From Eledone cirrhosa (Eukaryota), in contig OZ024757.1 of NCBI GenBank assembly GCA_964016885.1, positions 28,210,001 to 28,274,000 on the forward strand: a stretch of DNA of 64,000 bases, read 5' to 3'. This document shows, one piece after another, positions 41,845 through 56,940 of the stretch (positions within the stretch are counted from its first letter, which is position 1; the number at the start of each line of letters is the position of its first letter). The notes beneath the pieces were generated by a model. The model saw only the letters and a program-made list of their open reading frames with translations. It ran no database searches and had not been told where the DNA came from. Position numbers and translations under genes: made by a program.

Positions 41845-42075
41845 AAATAATATAGGAGCACTAGGTACTATCTCGAAGTGTTTTCAAGGATGGTTAAAGA
41901 ACATTAGTCCAGCCCCTCTTTTTTGCTACACTTCAAAAAGACATGCTTACTGGAAACTGCAAGAACCCTCCGAACACGTCCTGAATATCTGAGTCTGCAG
42001 GTAGCGGCTTGAACAAACTTTCCAGTTAAATAACATCAATGACTGAGACTCTAAGAAAATAATAATAAAAATATT
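41845..42075 (+). mobile_element. R4/Dong-type (RLE) LINE 3' fragment with (TAA)n tail
   Basis: IGALGTISKCFQGWLKNI...TLQK.CLLETARTLR.VLNI* across frameshifts, then short UTR and aataataataa. Confidence 0.75.
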
Positions 42076-42213
42076 AATATCATTATTATTATTATTATTA
42101 TTGTTATTTTGTTGTTGTTAATGCTGTCATTACTTGCACATCATTGCTGTTGTATCATTTGTGTGTGTTTTATTCAGTGTGGCATCATTTGTCTGAACAT
42201 CTCTCTCTGTCTG

Positions 42214-42252
<39 letters not shown>

Positions 42253-42777
42253 GTGCGTGTGTGTGCATGTTTCTTCAGTGTGGCTGTGTCTGTGGTTATG
42301 TGTCTCTTTTAGTAAAGTGTTGTAAGAAGGTGCCACAGAATGTGTCTGCTTTGTCTTCATAAGAACCCTATCATCAAGTCAAGCGTAACAAACCTCCTTA
42401 CTTTTTGACATCACAATTCTTCACACCCACCACACCTCTCCTTCTTTTATTGTTTACTTCGGCAAATGTTCTTCTCTCCTCTGCCATCACCACCACCACT
42501 GCCACTACCTGCAGCACTATCACTACCACCATTGTCACCGCCACTGTCATCTTGCTGTCTGGTTGGAGTGGATATTAAGACAATGGATGGATGAATGGGT
42601 GGATGATTGGATGTGCTTAAGGAAAATCTTTAAGATTTACAAAAATGCAAACGTAGGGAATTTTGCGTAAGATCATAAAATCCCCCTGAATATTATCAAA
42701 CAGAATGTAAATCTGTCTGAACATCTCTCTCTTGCTCTCTGTCTCTCTCTCTCTTGCTCTCTGTCTCTCTCTCTCTC

Positions 42778-42827
<50 letters not shown>

Positions 42828-42927
42828 CATGCTTCTTCATTGTGTTTGCAAATTCAAATGTACATACACCCAGGGGTACTTTCTACAAATCAATCATACA
42901 TACAATAGTATCTCAAAAGTGAAGAAA

Positions 42928-43183
42928 TGCAGCCTGGTGGTTAGGGTGTTTTGCCCGCAACCATAAGTTCATGTGTGCAAGTTCTTGACTTAGAGGGGCA
43001 TATTATGCCCTTGAGCAAGACACTTCAGTCCACACAGCTGAAAAAAAAAATAGAACTAGCAACAGCAACTGAAGGCTAACTTGGTGGTGGATCGGTGTAT
43101 TGTACATTGCATCATTTAATGCCGAGGAAACTGGTATAAATACCAACCTGATGAGAAGCCTCTGGCCTTGTAACAGACACTTA
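42928..43183 (+). mobile_element. Decayed SINE (family D, like 57496)
   Basis: cctggtggttaggg head, ccttgagcaagacacttc core, gaaactggtataa...acagacactt tail. Confidence 0.6.
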
Positions 43184-43199
43184 GAGTATCACATATATA

Positions 43200-43560
43200 A
43201 TATAGAAGTCAGACCTGGGTGATGAACATGGAGCAACAGAGAAGGCTGGAATGACTGGAAATGAGAATGGTCTCATGGATAAGAGGAGTATTGTTTACAA
43301 GACAGACATTGGATTATAGAAGATGATGGGAATTGAGCCAGTAATGAATGGCGTGAAGAGAAATGAGATATGATGGTTTGGTCATGTGTTGAAGAAGGAT
43401 GAAAGTAACTGGGTGGGATGAGTTATGGAAATGAATGTAGAAAGAAACAGGAAGGGGAAGACAAAAAAAAAAGAAATGGAAGAGGATGATGGAGGAGGAA
43501 TTGAAATCCTGGGAGCTGGTGAAGGCATATGTAGATAATAGAGCAAGGTGGAGAAGCTTT
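43200..43560 (+). mobile_element. RTE LINE C-terminal fragment
   Basis: EMRMVSW...MMGIEPV...WFGHVLKKDESNWV...RGR. Confidence 0.75.
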
Positions 43561-43769
43561 TCATATAGTTTTTTTTATCATGGAAAAAAGCCTTTAAAAT
43601 CGTGTGTGTGTGTGTGAGTGTGATATTGTATAAGTAATACAGTGAGTTGAAACACTTTTATTGAGATAATATCCATTCAAATAAGGATTGAAACCCTCTC
43701 CCTTCTCATTATAAAGTTTGTTTTACAGCTGAGCCAGATGTTGTTTTTTAGTGTCAAACAAAATATTTT

Positions 43770-43910
43770 AAAGCATTTAGTTATGGCCCTTTATGTTCTT
43801 GGTTCAAATCTCATCATAGTCAACAATGCCTTTCATCTTTCTGGGGTCGATACAATTGGCTTGCCCCTCCCCACAAATTTCTGGCCTTGTGCCTAGATTA
43901 GAAATTGTTA
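43770..43910 (+). mobile_element. SINE family B, decayed
   Basis: ggttcaaatc...gcctttcatctttctggggtcgat...ggccttgtgcctagattagaaa. Confidence 0.7.
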
Positions 43911-44462
43911 TTTTTTTATCCAATGTTGCTCAAATCTTTAGATCAATAGATCCAGATATAACTCTCTTTATTAAGAAGGAAGTTACCACCACCACCGCCA
44001 CTACTACTATTACATTACTACTACTACTACTATTTTTCCTCCTGGACAATTCATCTTTTTTTCATGAAAATATACACTCACCTTAAAGATCATATTTGAT
44101 TGTACACACTCACACACACGAGACAATTGAATTCTTGCAAAACACATGCATGGCACACACATGTATATACATACACACATAGAAAAGTTCTTGTTTATCA
44201 CATGATATCTGCAGTCAGACTGTCAGTCAGTCAATCAGGCCAACAGACAAACTGACAAGCATATTGCTATTAATTTTCAATGATTTCATTGAACTTATAT
44301 TTCTCTGTGATAGGTCTGTTTTCCCCCTTGTTTATAGAAGAATTCAACTAAAAGAAAAATTGAAAAAAAATAGAGATTCTAAAAATATATAAAAAGAAAA
44401 AATCCAGGCTATAGAAATAATAAATAATAAAACATTAAACAAATTAAATATATATACACCCA

Positions 44463-44531
<69 letters not shown>

Positions 44532-44595
44532 TATCATCATCATCATCATTTTACGTCCGCTTTTCCCTGCTTGCAAGGGTATATATATATTTATA

Positions 44596-44646
<51 letters not shown>

Positions 44647-44876
44647 TTATATATATGTATATATATATATGTATGTGTATATATATATATATTATATACA
44701 TATATATGTGTATACACATATATGTATGTATTAAAAAAAAGAAGACTGAAAAAAAAATGAATCTTTTATAAACAATAAATATATAAATAATAAAATAAAA
44801 TAGAAAGGTTAAGTAACAAATCAAAAAAAATTATTTTGAAAACTTTTCGTCAAGCAAAATATTTTTTTTTGTTTTA

Positions 44877-44908
<32 letters not shown>

Positions 44909-45161
44909 TTTGTTTTTTATATCCACATTGAAGTCTTGAAGCAAACGACTCAATCTAAAGGAACTGTTGGCATCTATTGTTATTGGTAGAGAAATATCAA
45001 CATTGAAGCAGTTTGTTATTCAGCAACACATTGATTAGGGCACAGGGTTGGAAGGGAGGGGAGGGGAAGAAATTTAAAAAAAATTTTTGATTTCCTTTTT
45101 GTATGTTATTTTTTCTGCAGATATTTTTTTGCCTATATATATGTATATATATGTATATATG

Positions 45162-45253
<92 letters not shown>

Positions 45254-45439
45254 TACATATGTGTGTGCATACATAATTTTTCTATTTTTTAATTTTTTAT
45301 TTTTGCAGCAGGTATTTTTTTTATAAATATATATATATATATATATATTTATACGTATATATATATACACACAAACACGTATATATATATATACACACAT
45401 ACATATATGTATATATATATACATATATGTATATATACA

Positions 45440-45547
<108 letters not shown>

Positions 45548-46124
45548 CATATATACATATGTATTTATATTTGTTTTGTTTTTCACCTTTTACAAATTTC
45601 CCACATTCTCTCCCTCTCCCTCTCTCTCACCTTTCTTTCTCTCTGCCAACCCTCTGCTCCATTATAAATTGAAAGTTTGCGATATCAAAAGACCTGATTA
45701 AGTTCTTGTAAGATTCATATTCTTCAATTCAGCCTCTTTGAGACTGACTGACTAACAAACACAAAACCATAACGAAATAAGCCTCAACTTTAAAAGACTA
45801 ATCTTTCCCTATATAATAATAATGATAATAATAATAATAATAATAACAATATTAATAACAATACTAATAACAACAACGATAATGATTATAATAACAGTGA
45901 TAATAATAATAGTAATAATAATAATAATAACAACAATATAAATGATAACGATAAAAATAACAACAATGATAATGATGATGATCATAATAATAATGATGAT
46001 GATGATGATGATGATGATAATAATAATAATGATGATGATAATAATAACAATAAGGCAAAAGAAATTCTGTTTTTCTCTCCTTACAAAGAGTTTCTTCACA
46101 ACTGCATATATGTATATGTATGAT

Positions 46125-46169
<45 letters not shown>

Positions 46170-46275
46170 ATGTGTATGTGTGTTTGTGTGTGTGTATGTA
46201 TATATATATATTTATGAGTGTATATGTGCATATATATGTGTGTGTATGTATGCATATATATATATATATGTATAT

Positions 46276-46328
<53 letters not shown>

Positions 46329-46330
<2 letters not shown>

Positions 46331-46430
46331 AGGTGTCCCCCCAAAAATGTATACACACTTCAACAGCATTCTAATAAATATTGCCTGTACTGGTAATCAA
46401 AATGTATATTCATTTTTTGTGGACACCCGG
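46329..46430. mobile_element. About 100-bp Tc1/mariner-type MITE in (TA)n
   Basis: TA|CAAGGTGTCCCCCCAAAAATG ... CATTTTTTGTGGACACCCGG|TA imperfect TIRs. Confidence 0.75.
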
Positions 46431-46512
46431 TATATAAATATATATATATGTATATGCATATGTATATATGTATATATGTATATATATATGTATATATATT
46501 TATATGTATATA

Positions 46513-46578
<66 letters not shown>

Positions 46579-47714
46579 TATATGTATATATATATTTATA
46601 TATGTATATATATATATTTATATATGTATGTGTGTGTATATATATATGTATATATACATATATATATGTATATATATATTTATATATACATATATATATG
46701 TATATATATATATATTTATATATACATATATATATGTATATATATATATATTTATATATACATATATATATGTATATATATATATATTTATATATGTATG
46801 TGTGTGTATATATATGTCTATATGAAACCAATTTCACATATCGCTTTGGCTCCAATCTCTCTCATCTCTCTCTCTCTCTCTCTCACCCATTTATTTAAAT
46901 CCTACTTTATTTTGCATTCACCTTCTCTCACTATTTCTACGTCTACCTGTCATTACACACACACACACACACTTACACAGATACACACACACTGGTTTCC
47001 CCACCTCCTCCTTCTGTATTGCAGTCTTGCTTTCCTTTCTATGTTGATTTGTTTCTCACTTTTCCTCTTTCCTATACACACACACATATATACATAAACA
47101 CACACCCACACACACACACACACATATATATACATAAACACACACACACAACTGCATCTCTTCAGCTTTTTCCTTATTCTCCCTTTATATTTCTCATATA
47201 ATCATTGCTCCTTTACTCTGTATGTGTACATCCACAATTTCGCACATACATATACATATAACTATTATTAAATTTATTATTATTAATATCATATACATAT
47301 ATAGTTTTATTTTCTTTCTATATATAAAAAAATAACCTTAAAAGCTACCCTCATCCCCCACCCACCTACACCAAAAGCACACACAAAAAAAAAAAAAAGC
47401 AAAAAGAGAAATAGGAAAAAAGCAAAAAGAGAAATTCTCTAAGAAAAAAAAAGAAAGCAAGAAAACGTGGGAAAGAAAGGGGGGTTACCGAAAAAGAGAG
47501 ATGGCGAAAATCAGCGGAAGTGAGAGGGGTAAATGGAAGGAGAGAAGGAGGAGGAATTTTGTCCATATTTTTGTGTTTGTGGTCTTCATTTATGCTTCCA
47601 TAAAGAAATATTTTTGATTTAAAAAAAAAAAAAAGAATTTCTTCAGCTTCATCTTTGATATTGTGTAATCTTTTCCTCTTTCTCTGACCCTTTCTCTCAC
47701 TGTCTCTCTCTCTC

Positions 47715-47754
<40 letters not shown>

Positions 47755-48570
47755 TGCATCTCTCACTCTCTCCCTTTCACTGTCTCTACCTCTCTCTATG
47801 TGTCTTTTACCTCCTTTCGCTCACCTCCCTCTCCTTGTTGATCTCACTCTTCCCCCCTCTCCCAGTGCTCCCCCATCTCTCTCTCTCTCCCTCTCTCTTT
47901 TCATTCAAGGAGTTCCTCTCTTTATCTCCATAGAAAACTTTATCTGTATACCTTGCCTTCATTAGAAGAGGTTCAATGGTATTGGTGGTATGGCGGTACA
48001 GTGGTATGGGGCAACAGTGGTATGGTGCTATAGTTGTATGCTAGTATGGGGCTTAGGTGGTACAGTGGTATAGTGATGTTGTGGTGGTGATGATGGATTG
48101 ATGGTAGTGCTGATGGTGCACTGATGGTGGTGATAATGGTGTTGGCGCTGGGCTTGATGGTGGTGCTGGCGATATTGATGATGGTGCTGGTAGAGGGATC
48201 TTGTTGATAGGTGAGGTGGGGCTGGTTTTGATGGTGGGGTTGGTGATGGTGGTATTAGCAAGCGCCAGGAAGCAACACACAGCAAACACTAGTGTTAGTG
48301 GCTGCCAGTCAATACTCATGTAAACTTTCCATGCTGTCAATGGAAAGATGCACAAATGATAAATAAGCTTTTTGTTAGATTAAAGGTTATTTTTACGATC
48401 TCTTCCCTCTCCTGTCTCCTTCTTCTTTTTCTTCTCCTTCTTCTCCTCTGCAAGAATTCGAAAGACCAATAAAGAAAAAGATGTAGAAATGTGTGTATGT
48501 ATGTATGTATGGATATGGATATATATATATATTTATATCTATATAAAAATATTTAGATGAGTGTGTGTGA

Positions 48571-48622
<52 letters not shown>

Positions 48623-49237
48623 TTATATTTATGTATATATGTATATATATATATATGTATTTATATTTATGTATATATGTGTATATATATATATGTGTAT
48701 TTATATTTATGTATATATGTATATATATATATATGTGTATTTATATTTATGTATATATGTATATATATATATAGGTATATTTATATATATATTTATGTAT
48801 GTATATATATATTAATGTATATATATTTATGTATGTATATATATATTAATGTATATATATTTATATATATGTATATGCATATATATATATATTTATGTAT
48901 CTATGTAATTATATATTTATATATATATTTATGTATATGTATATATATATATTTATGTATTTATGTGTGTGTATATATATATATATATGTCTATATATGT
49001 TTATATATGTATTTATATATATGTATATATATACTTATATATGTATATATGTATATATGTATATATGTATATATATGTATATATGTATATATATGTATAT
49101 ATATGTATATATATATGTATATATATATGTATGTATATATATTTGTATATATACGTATATATGTATATATATATATATATATGTATGTATATATATTTGT
49201 ATATATATATATATATATATGTATGTATATATATATG

Positions 49238-49270
<33 letters not shown>

Positions 49271-49541
49271 GTATGTATATATATATATGTATGTATATAT
49301 ATATATGTATGTATATATATATATGTATATATATATATGTATATGTATATATATGTATATATATATATATGTATATATATGTATACATATATATATGTAT
49401 ATATATATATATGTATATATATATATGTATATATATAGTCCTGGCTTCTATTTCTAATTCTCCATTTTTATATATATCCTATTTGCAACAACACAGCTCG
49501 CCATTTTTCATTTATATATATGTATATATATGTATATATAG

Positions 49542-49577
<36 letters not shown>

Positions 49578-49624
49578 GTATATGTATATATGTATATATA
49601 TATGTATGCATATGTATCTATTCT

Positions 49625-49746
49625 CTATCTTGGGCGGGTAAAATTCCCGAGATCCATGGACGAGTTCTCTCCAGTGGTTTCTGTCCCTCATTATCACTGC
49701 CATGTCCTGCGTCTCCAACAGACCAGTGTCTGTCCTTAGGGCATCA
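49625..49746 (-). mobile_element. RTE LINE extreme 3' fragment
   Basis: [33 protein letters not shown] (DR..WR terminus). Confidence 0.7.
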
Positions 49747-50013
49747 ACATATGTGTGTATATGTATATATGTATGTATATGTATATATGTAAGTATATGT
49801 ATGTATATATATGAATATCTATGTATGTATATGTATATATATATGTATATGTATGTATATATATATATATGTATATATGTATGTATATTTGTATGTATGG
49901 ATATATATATGTATATTTGTATATATATATATATACACACACACATACACACACACACACAGACACACACACACACACACAGACACACATATGTGTGTGT
50001 GTGTTTGTGTATT

Positions 50014-50083
<70 letters not shown>

Positions 50084-50457
50084 TTGTAATAAAATATAAT
50101 AATGATGATGTGGGATCACCACCATCATCAGCATCATCATCATAGTTGTTATCATTGTTATTTTCATGATGATGATGATGATGATGATGATTATAATGAT
50201 GGTCATGTTGATGATCATAAATGCCAGCATCATTATTGTCATCAACGTCACAGTCATCATTGCAACCATCATTATCGTGGCTATCAACATGACGACAGTG
50301 ATGATGATCATCATCCTCATCGCCATCATCATCATGATTCTCCCCATCGCCATCATCATCATCATCATTCATCTCCTCCTCATCATCATCATTACCAACG
50401 TCGTTGCCATCACAAAAATACTAAAAATTATAATGGTAGTAATATTGATAAACAGCT

Positions 50458-50492
<35 letters not shown>

Positions 50493-50538
50493 AATAAATA
50501 AATAAATAGCAATGATGATGATGATGATGGTAATAATG

Positions 50539-50571
<33 letters not shown>

Positions 50572-50859
50572 GTATTCAAGTTGCCATGCATCACAGTCAT
50601 ACCTACTGATACCTAAATTGTATAAAATTTATGCATGCTTGTATTGTTTATGATATCATTTTGCTTTGTTTATCACTATCATCATCATTGTCATCATCAT
50701 CATCATCATCATTAATGTCAGTATTATCATTGTTAGCATCATCAACATTATCTTCATCATCATTGTTATAACTGTCACCATCATCATCTTCATGAGCACC
50801 AACATTGTCACCATCATTATCATCACCACCACCATTTTACATGAATTTATGTATGCATG

Positions 50860-50896
<37 letters not shown>

Positions 50897-50937
50897 GTGT
50901 ATTATTCTCTTTCTCTTTCTCTCTCTATATATTGATA

Positions 50938-51027
<90 letters not shown>

Positions 51028-51130
51028 TATATGCATATATATACATATGCATATATGTACATGTGCATATATATATATACATATACATATATATATACAT
51101 ATACATATATATACATATGCATATATATAC

Positions 51131-51191
<61 letters not shown>

Positions 51192-51651
51192 TATATAAAC
51201 ATATACATGCTAAACATATACATGCACTGTATACATTATATATATATATAAACATACACACACACTGTATACATTATATATATATATATATATATATACA
51301 TACACACACATAACGTAGACAGGGGAGAGGAAGCATGAAGTATGCAATAAGGAAACATTAAAAGACAGACATACAGAAACCTCCAGTAAAGATTACAGTG
51401 TATGTAGTAGAGGTGAAGATGTTGAACTGGGGGACTCATTGGTTGGATGGCTGGCTGGATGGCCGGCTGGTTTACTCAGTGAAGGTGTTTCTCTCTCTTC
51501 TTCATAGCGATATGATTGAAGAGGGGACTTGTAGCCAGGAATAACATTAAAATATATAGCATGGCTTTCAATACATGCATATGGACACACAGACATAGAG
51601 AGACATGCATAATAGTGCATGTATGTATGTGTGTGTGTGTGAGTATATATA

Positions 51652-51706
<55 letters not shown>

Positions 51707-52374
51707 CTATACACAAACACTCTTATTTACATTTATACATTTTCAAACAAATTTCATATAAATATAGGCATATTACCTTTATACACACACACATGTATTC
51801 AGAAACACACACATGCAAACATATATCTAAATTCATAAAGATAAAATAGAAAACATTTATTTTGTATTGTTTTTATGTTTCTTATCTATAATTATATTTT
51901 GTATTTCTTAAAACTGCTTAACCACATTGCCATATAGTAGCACACCACAGCATATCACACCTCTCCACCACAGCATATCCCACCGCACTGTATCACACCA
52001 CACCACCACAGCATATCACACTGCACTGTACCACACCACACCACACCCATTCTGTAACTATGCTGCATACCTCAGTTATGTTATAACTACTTTATAACTG
52101 CATCATATACCTCAGCTATGCTATAACTTCTTGGCCTTGGATCAAACAAAAGCTATACACTTAACCCTTTTGATACCAAACCTTCTGAAATTGCCCCTGG
52201 TTTTATAATACAAAACCGTTTATATTTATCTAAAAGCTTCAATCATAATTTTATGTTTTCCAAACACCAGCTTAGTAGTATAACTAAATTGTCCAAATTC
52301 TTTATTAATTCCAAATGATTTGAAAATTATAGCTTCTCTCTGTCTGTGTGTCCATATCTTTGTTTATTACTAAT

Positions 52375-52730
52375 AACTTAGTGATTCAAGGAATAAAGAT
52401 CAATAGAATAGGTAACAGACTTGAAAAAATATGTATTCTGGTTCTCATATGATCAAGTAAAAGCCTTTTAAGATGGTGCCCCTGTATGGCTGCAATTTAA
52501 TGACTGGCAGCAGTAAACAGGTGCTGGAGTCAATATAATCAACTTAACAAAGGTGGTGTCCAGCATGGCACAGTCTAATGACTGAAACAGGTAAATAAGT
52601 ACTGGAGGTCAATATGATTAACTAAATCAAAACTGAACAGTAAAGTACTCTGTTCTATATAATCAACTAAAAGCTCTTTAAGGCAATGTCACAGCATGGC
52701 CGGAGTCTAATGACTAAAGAATAAAAGAAA
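52375..52730 (+). mobile_element. Tandem-multiplied SINE 3' tail (3-4 units)
   Basis: ggtg(c/t)ccagcatggc...agtctaatgactgaaac units near 52475, 52556 and 52686. Confidence 0.65.
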
Positions 52731-53025
52731 ATTCCAGGGAAACACTTTGATCAATTTAGTCACATCCTAGCTAATCTGACCTGCATCAGTCAAAATTACA
52801 ATCCTCCAATTTTCTTTCTTTTCAGTAAAGATGTTAGCATTTAAATTACTTTAAAGCACGGATAAATTTGCTCTCATATACATATAATTGATTATTTTAA
52901 TTACATAATTATAATCGCACAATTTAACTTTCATCATTGATTAACTACGTTTTTGTTTTGTTTTTAAATATATTGAACAATAAATAAATAATTCAATAAT
53001 TTGTTTTATTTTATTTCTCTATTAG

Positions 53026-53093
53026 ATCAGCATAATCGATATTCTATGTATGGATCTATAACTCCTGATGGTGTCATAAGGGCACCGTTGTGA
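53026..53093 (+). CDS. Candidate terminal coding exon
   Basis: ttttattttatttctctattAG acceptor; (D)QHNRYSMYGSITPDGVIRAPL-TGA. Confidence 0.4.
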
Positions 53094-53214
53094 CATACAG
53101 TGTTTCTTGGGTATTTTATTACTCTATTTTTAAAAGAAAGACTGTCTATAAATATAAATTTATATAAATATAAATTTGAAAATAATCTAGAATTTGGAAA
53201 GATTTCATCATCAT

Positions 53215-53462
53215 CATTATCATCACTGTTTAATGTCCATTCTTCCATGCTAGCATGGGTTAGATGAGCTGTCTTGTGGGTAATGCCATGTCAGGTGACC
53301 ATGTCTTGCTCATACAGAACTGATTTTGGCATGGTTTCTACAGCTGGATTCTTTTCTTAACAGCAACATCATTTACTGTGAGTACTGGGTGCTTTTTGTT
53401 GTGGTGCCTACATGACCACTTTACAGTGTGGACTGGGTGCTTTTTGTTGTGCCACCTACACC
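53215..53462 (-). mobile_element. SINE/RTE-like 3' tail with (GAT)n
   Basis: catcatc...gtccattcttccatgctagcatgggttagatg...gtttctacagctggat; related copy at 62045-62390. Confidence 0.75.
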
Positions 53463-53516
53463 GTTTTACGTTAATAATTAATATTCTCATTACTAAGTTG
53501 GCATTTGAAACATAAA

Positions 53517-53922
53517 TTAACTCTTAATATCCTGCAATGATTTAGTAAAAAATATTTCAAAGTGGGTTTGATAATTCAAATATTTAAAGTGCCTTTTGTA
53601 GTGGAAACATTTGCAATGAAAGTCAAGACTTCAATTTTTAATGTGATACTGCCATAATGCTATTTTGTACTTTACAAGAATGTCTTGTTCATGTGGTTTC
53701 TTGTGGTACAGGACATTAAAAGTTAACAAAGGTTCTTACATTAAATATTTCAAAGCGGGTTTGATAATTCAAATATTCATAGTGCCTTTTATAGTGAACA
53801 GATATTTGGGAAAATTTGTAAAGACTTCAATTTTTAATGTGATACTGTCATAATGCTATTTTGTCCTTTCAAAGAATGTCTTGTTAATGCGGTTTCATGT
53901 GGTACAGGACATTAAGAGTTAA
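53517..53922. mobile_element. TTAA-flanked MITE with about 193-bp tandem duplication
   Basis: TTAA|CTCTTAATATCCTG left end; CAGGACATTAA(A/G)AG|TTAA right ends at 53726 and 53922. Confidence 0.7.
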
Positions 53923-56634
53923 CGAAGGTTCTTACATAAAATGATGATGGAGAGTTCATAGAAAAATGTAAGCACTTTATAATAAAAAGCTTTCTATCAA
54001 AGAATCAGGGCCGGTTTCTGGCTGTTTGGTATCAAAAGGGATAAGGTTGATCTAGGGTTAAACAACAACAATAACAATAACAATATATTTTAAAGATAGG
54101 TTTGTTTATTTAATCATATATATTTATATTACACATGCTTGCATGGATGGTAGTTTATTTACTGGAGCAATTATTGTATGGCTGAATGACCACATAACGA
54201 CAAACCACTCAAGTGTGAAAGAGGGGGTGGGATGAAGCCAGTTTTTATTTGTTGTTCAGAAAAGGGACATGAGAGTCTACTAAATTTAATTGCAAAACAT
54301 GTTTATAATACCATATTGACAAAAAAGAGGGGTGTGGGAAATGGAATGAAAAAGAGGTGAAAAAAAAAAAAGGAGAAGACAGAAATAGAGAGGAAACTAA
54401 CTACACTCTTGGCTGGATATACATAGACACACACACACACAAACTACACCATTGGCTAAACTGTATATATATATATATATGTGTGTGTGTGTACACACAC
54501 ACACACACCCTTGACTAGACAGTATATATATATATGTGTGTGTGTGTGTGTATATAATTTTGTACTTCTGAAGAAGGGCTAGAGCCCAACACATACGTTG
54601 AACTTTCTTTTCCCCTTTTCCATATAAAGCGTGAAACTAATAAGACATTTTGTACCTCTCGTTGTCTCCTTGAACTATATATATATATGTGTGTGTGTGT
54701 GCGTGCACATACAATTCCAACACTCTTGGTTGGATGATATATCTCAATTGTGCCCCATAGAGAAGATGTTGAAAGTATCACCATGGGAAACAGCCAATAA
54801 ACCCAGCCTTTCTATATTGCACAGTTCCTTCATGGAATGTCCTTGTCTGAATTTAGTTAAGGAAAATGAGAGCTCAGGGCCTGAAGACACAGGAGGTTTC
54901 TATGGCAACCAGAACGAAAAGAAAATGGCCAGTTGGTGCCTGGTAATGCCTGGGATTCAGTGTATTAGATTATATATTTAGCTGAAGATTTCTTTGGTCT
55001 CTTTTAAATTAAGATTTCAAACACACTACAAGGTCTGGAATAATTTAAACAGGCCCTATCCGACCAGAATTCTCTCACTTCTTTCTGGTCAGACTGGTCA
55101 TAACTGGCCACTCATATTGATGTTAAGGTATTGTTCTCAAAATGAATAATATCAAAATCTCCTAGATTCGATATTATGTGAGAAATTTATGTAAGATAAA
55201 GCCTTTACCACAAAAATACAATATTATATATAGAGTAATGTTAATGCTAAAGAGTTGAGATAATTAACCCTTTTGGTGCCAAACCACCTGAAACCACCCT
55301 TGGTTCTATGATACAATCCTGTACATTTTAAAGTGTTTATATTTATGTAAAATACTTCCACCTTAGTTTAGGATAATGTAGTTGTCTTAATTTATGATGA
55401 TATGGTTATCTTAATTTATGATAATAGAGTTATCTGGGTTTATGATAATAGAGATATTTATGATAATGTAATTATCATAGTTTATGGCTATAGAGCTATC
55501 TTAGTTTATGATGGCGTAGTTATCTTAATTTATGATTCAGGTAGCATTCTTTGTTTATGTTTCTTTTTTTTATGATAGAGCAATATTGTTTTATGATAAT
55601 ACAATTATCTTATTTTATATCAATGCAGCTATATTAGTTTACGATGTATCTTAGTTCATAATTATACATCTTACTTTATGATGGTTTAAGCATTTCCAAT
55701 TCTTAACAATATATCAATCTCCAATTGCACTGGTATTGCTGCCACTGAAGACCTCTTGATGGCAGCACCCCCATTTCCTTATATGGTAATATGACCGTCT
55801 CACTTTATGTTGTTATAAATCTGTCTGCATATGTCATCCCCAGTAGTTCTGTTGGGGGAGTCCCATAAACATTTGGCACTATGGCAATAATATAACTCAG
55901 TCAAGTTATAAATTTTCACAGACATTATGCTGGATCTTGGAACAGTTCTCCACCCCATCCCTGTCTGTCTGCCAGTCTGCCTGATTCTCTGTTTGCTTGT
56001 CACTATGTCTTTCATTGTCTCTGTCCATTCCTCTCTCTCAATCCCTGTCTCCGTCCATCCCTATCTCTCTTTCTCTCTCTCTCGTTCTTTCTCACTGTCC
56101 ATCTCTCTCTTACTATCTCTGCCTGTTTCTATCTACCTCTTATTAACTCTCAGTTTGTGTGTCTATGTTAATCTCTCTCTGTCTCTCCACTTTTTTATCA
56201 GTCTTGTCTCTCTGACTCTGTCCTTCCCTATCTCTCGCTATCAGTATCCCTCCCCATCTCTCACTGTCTCTGTATCACCCCCCCCCCCCCCCCTCCCACC
56301 TCCTCACTCATTGTCCCTGTCTCTCACTGTCACCATATCCTCCACTGACTTTCCCTCCCCTCTTCTACAGTTTCTATACTTCCACCTCTCTCTCTCTCTC
56401 TCTCTCCCCTCTTTGGCCATTCCAGTATTTCCAGTTATGTAGTTTATTGTATGTAGGGATGGATTAACCCCCCCCCCCCTCCACTGTCTGCTGAAGGAAT
56501 TAAGTTTCTGATTTGTGTTGTGTTTCTTGTTTTATGTCAATTTAATAAAGGAGAACATATTGTAACATATTCACCACTGCTGACAGGGAAGAGACTGTCT
56601 CATGTACAAGGAGAAGATGACAATGTTGCTATTG

Positions 56635-56940
56635 TTATTGTTGTTGTTAAGTAGCCCTGGTCAGTCTTGCTCCAATATACCTTTCTGGTGCTGGAGATGT
56701 TGTTATTTTTGTTGTTGTTAAGTAGCCCTGGTCAGTCTTGCTCCAATATACCTTTCTGGTGCTGGAGATGTTGTTGTTGTTATTAAGTAGCCCTGATCAT
56801 TCCTACTGCAGTTGGACCTCTCTGGTACTGGAGATGTCATTGTTGTTGTTAAAGTAGCCATGGGCAACTACTTTCACCTGTACTTCTCTAGCACTAGGGT
56901 TATTGCTATTGTGAATGTAGCTGTGGTCAGCTTTGCTTCA
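56635..56940. repeat. About 65-70 bp tandem repeat (4-5 decaying copies)
   Basis: ttgttgttaagtagccctggtcagtcttgctccaatatacctttctggtgctggagatg. Confidence 0.85.

Noticed and set aside
43126-43180. gaaac...ctgatga in a SINE tail as a hammerhead
   Set aside because: Helices and core order do not complete, and the better copy at 57.7 kb lacks CTGATGA.
55804-55878. Possible 75-nt minus-strand exon AKCLWDSPNRTTGDDICRQIYNNIK
   Set aside because: Splice sites plausible but weak, with no corroboration.
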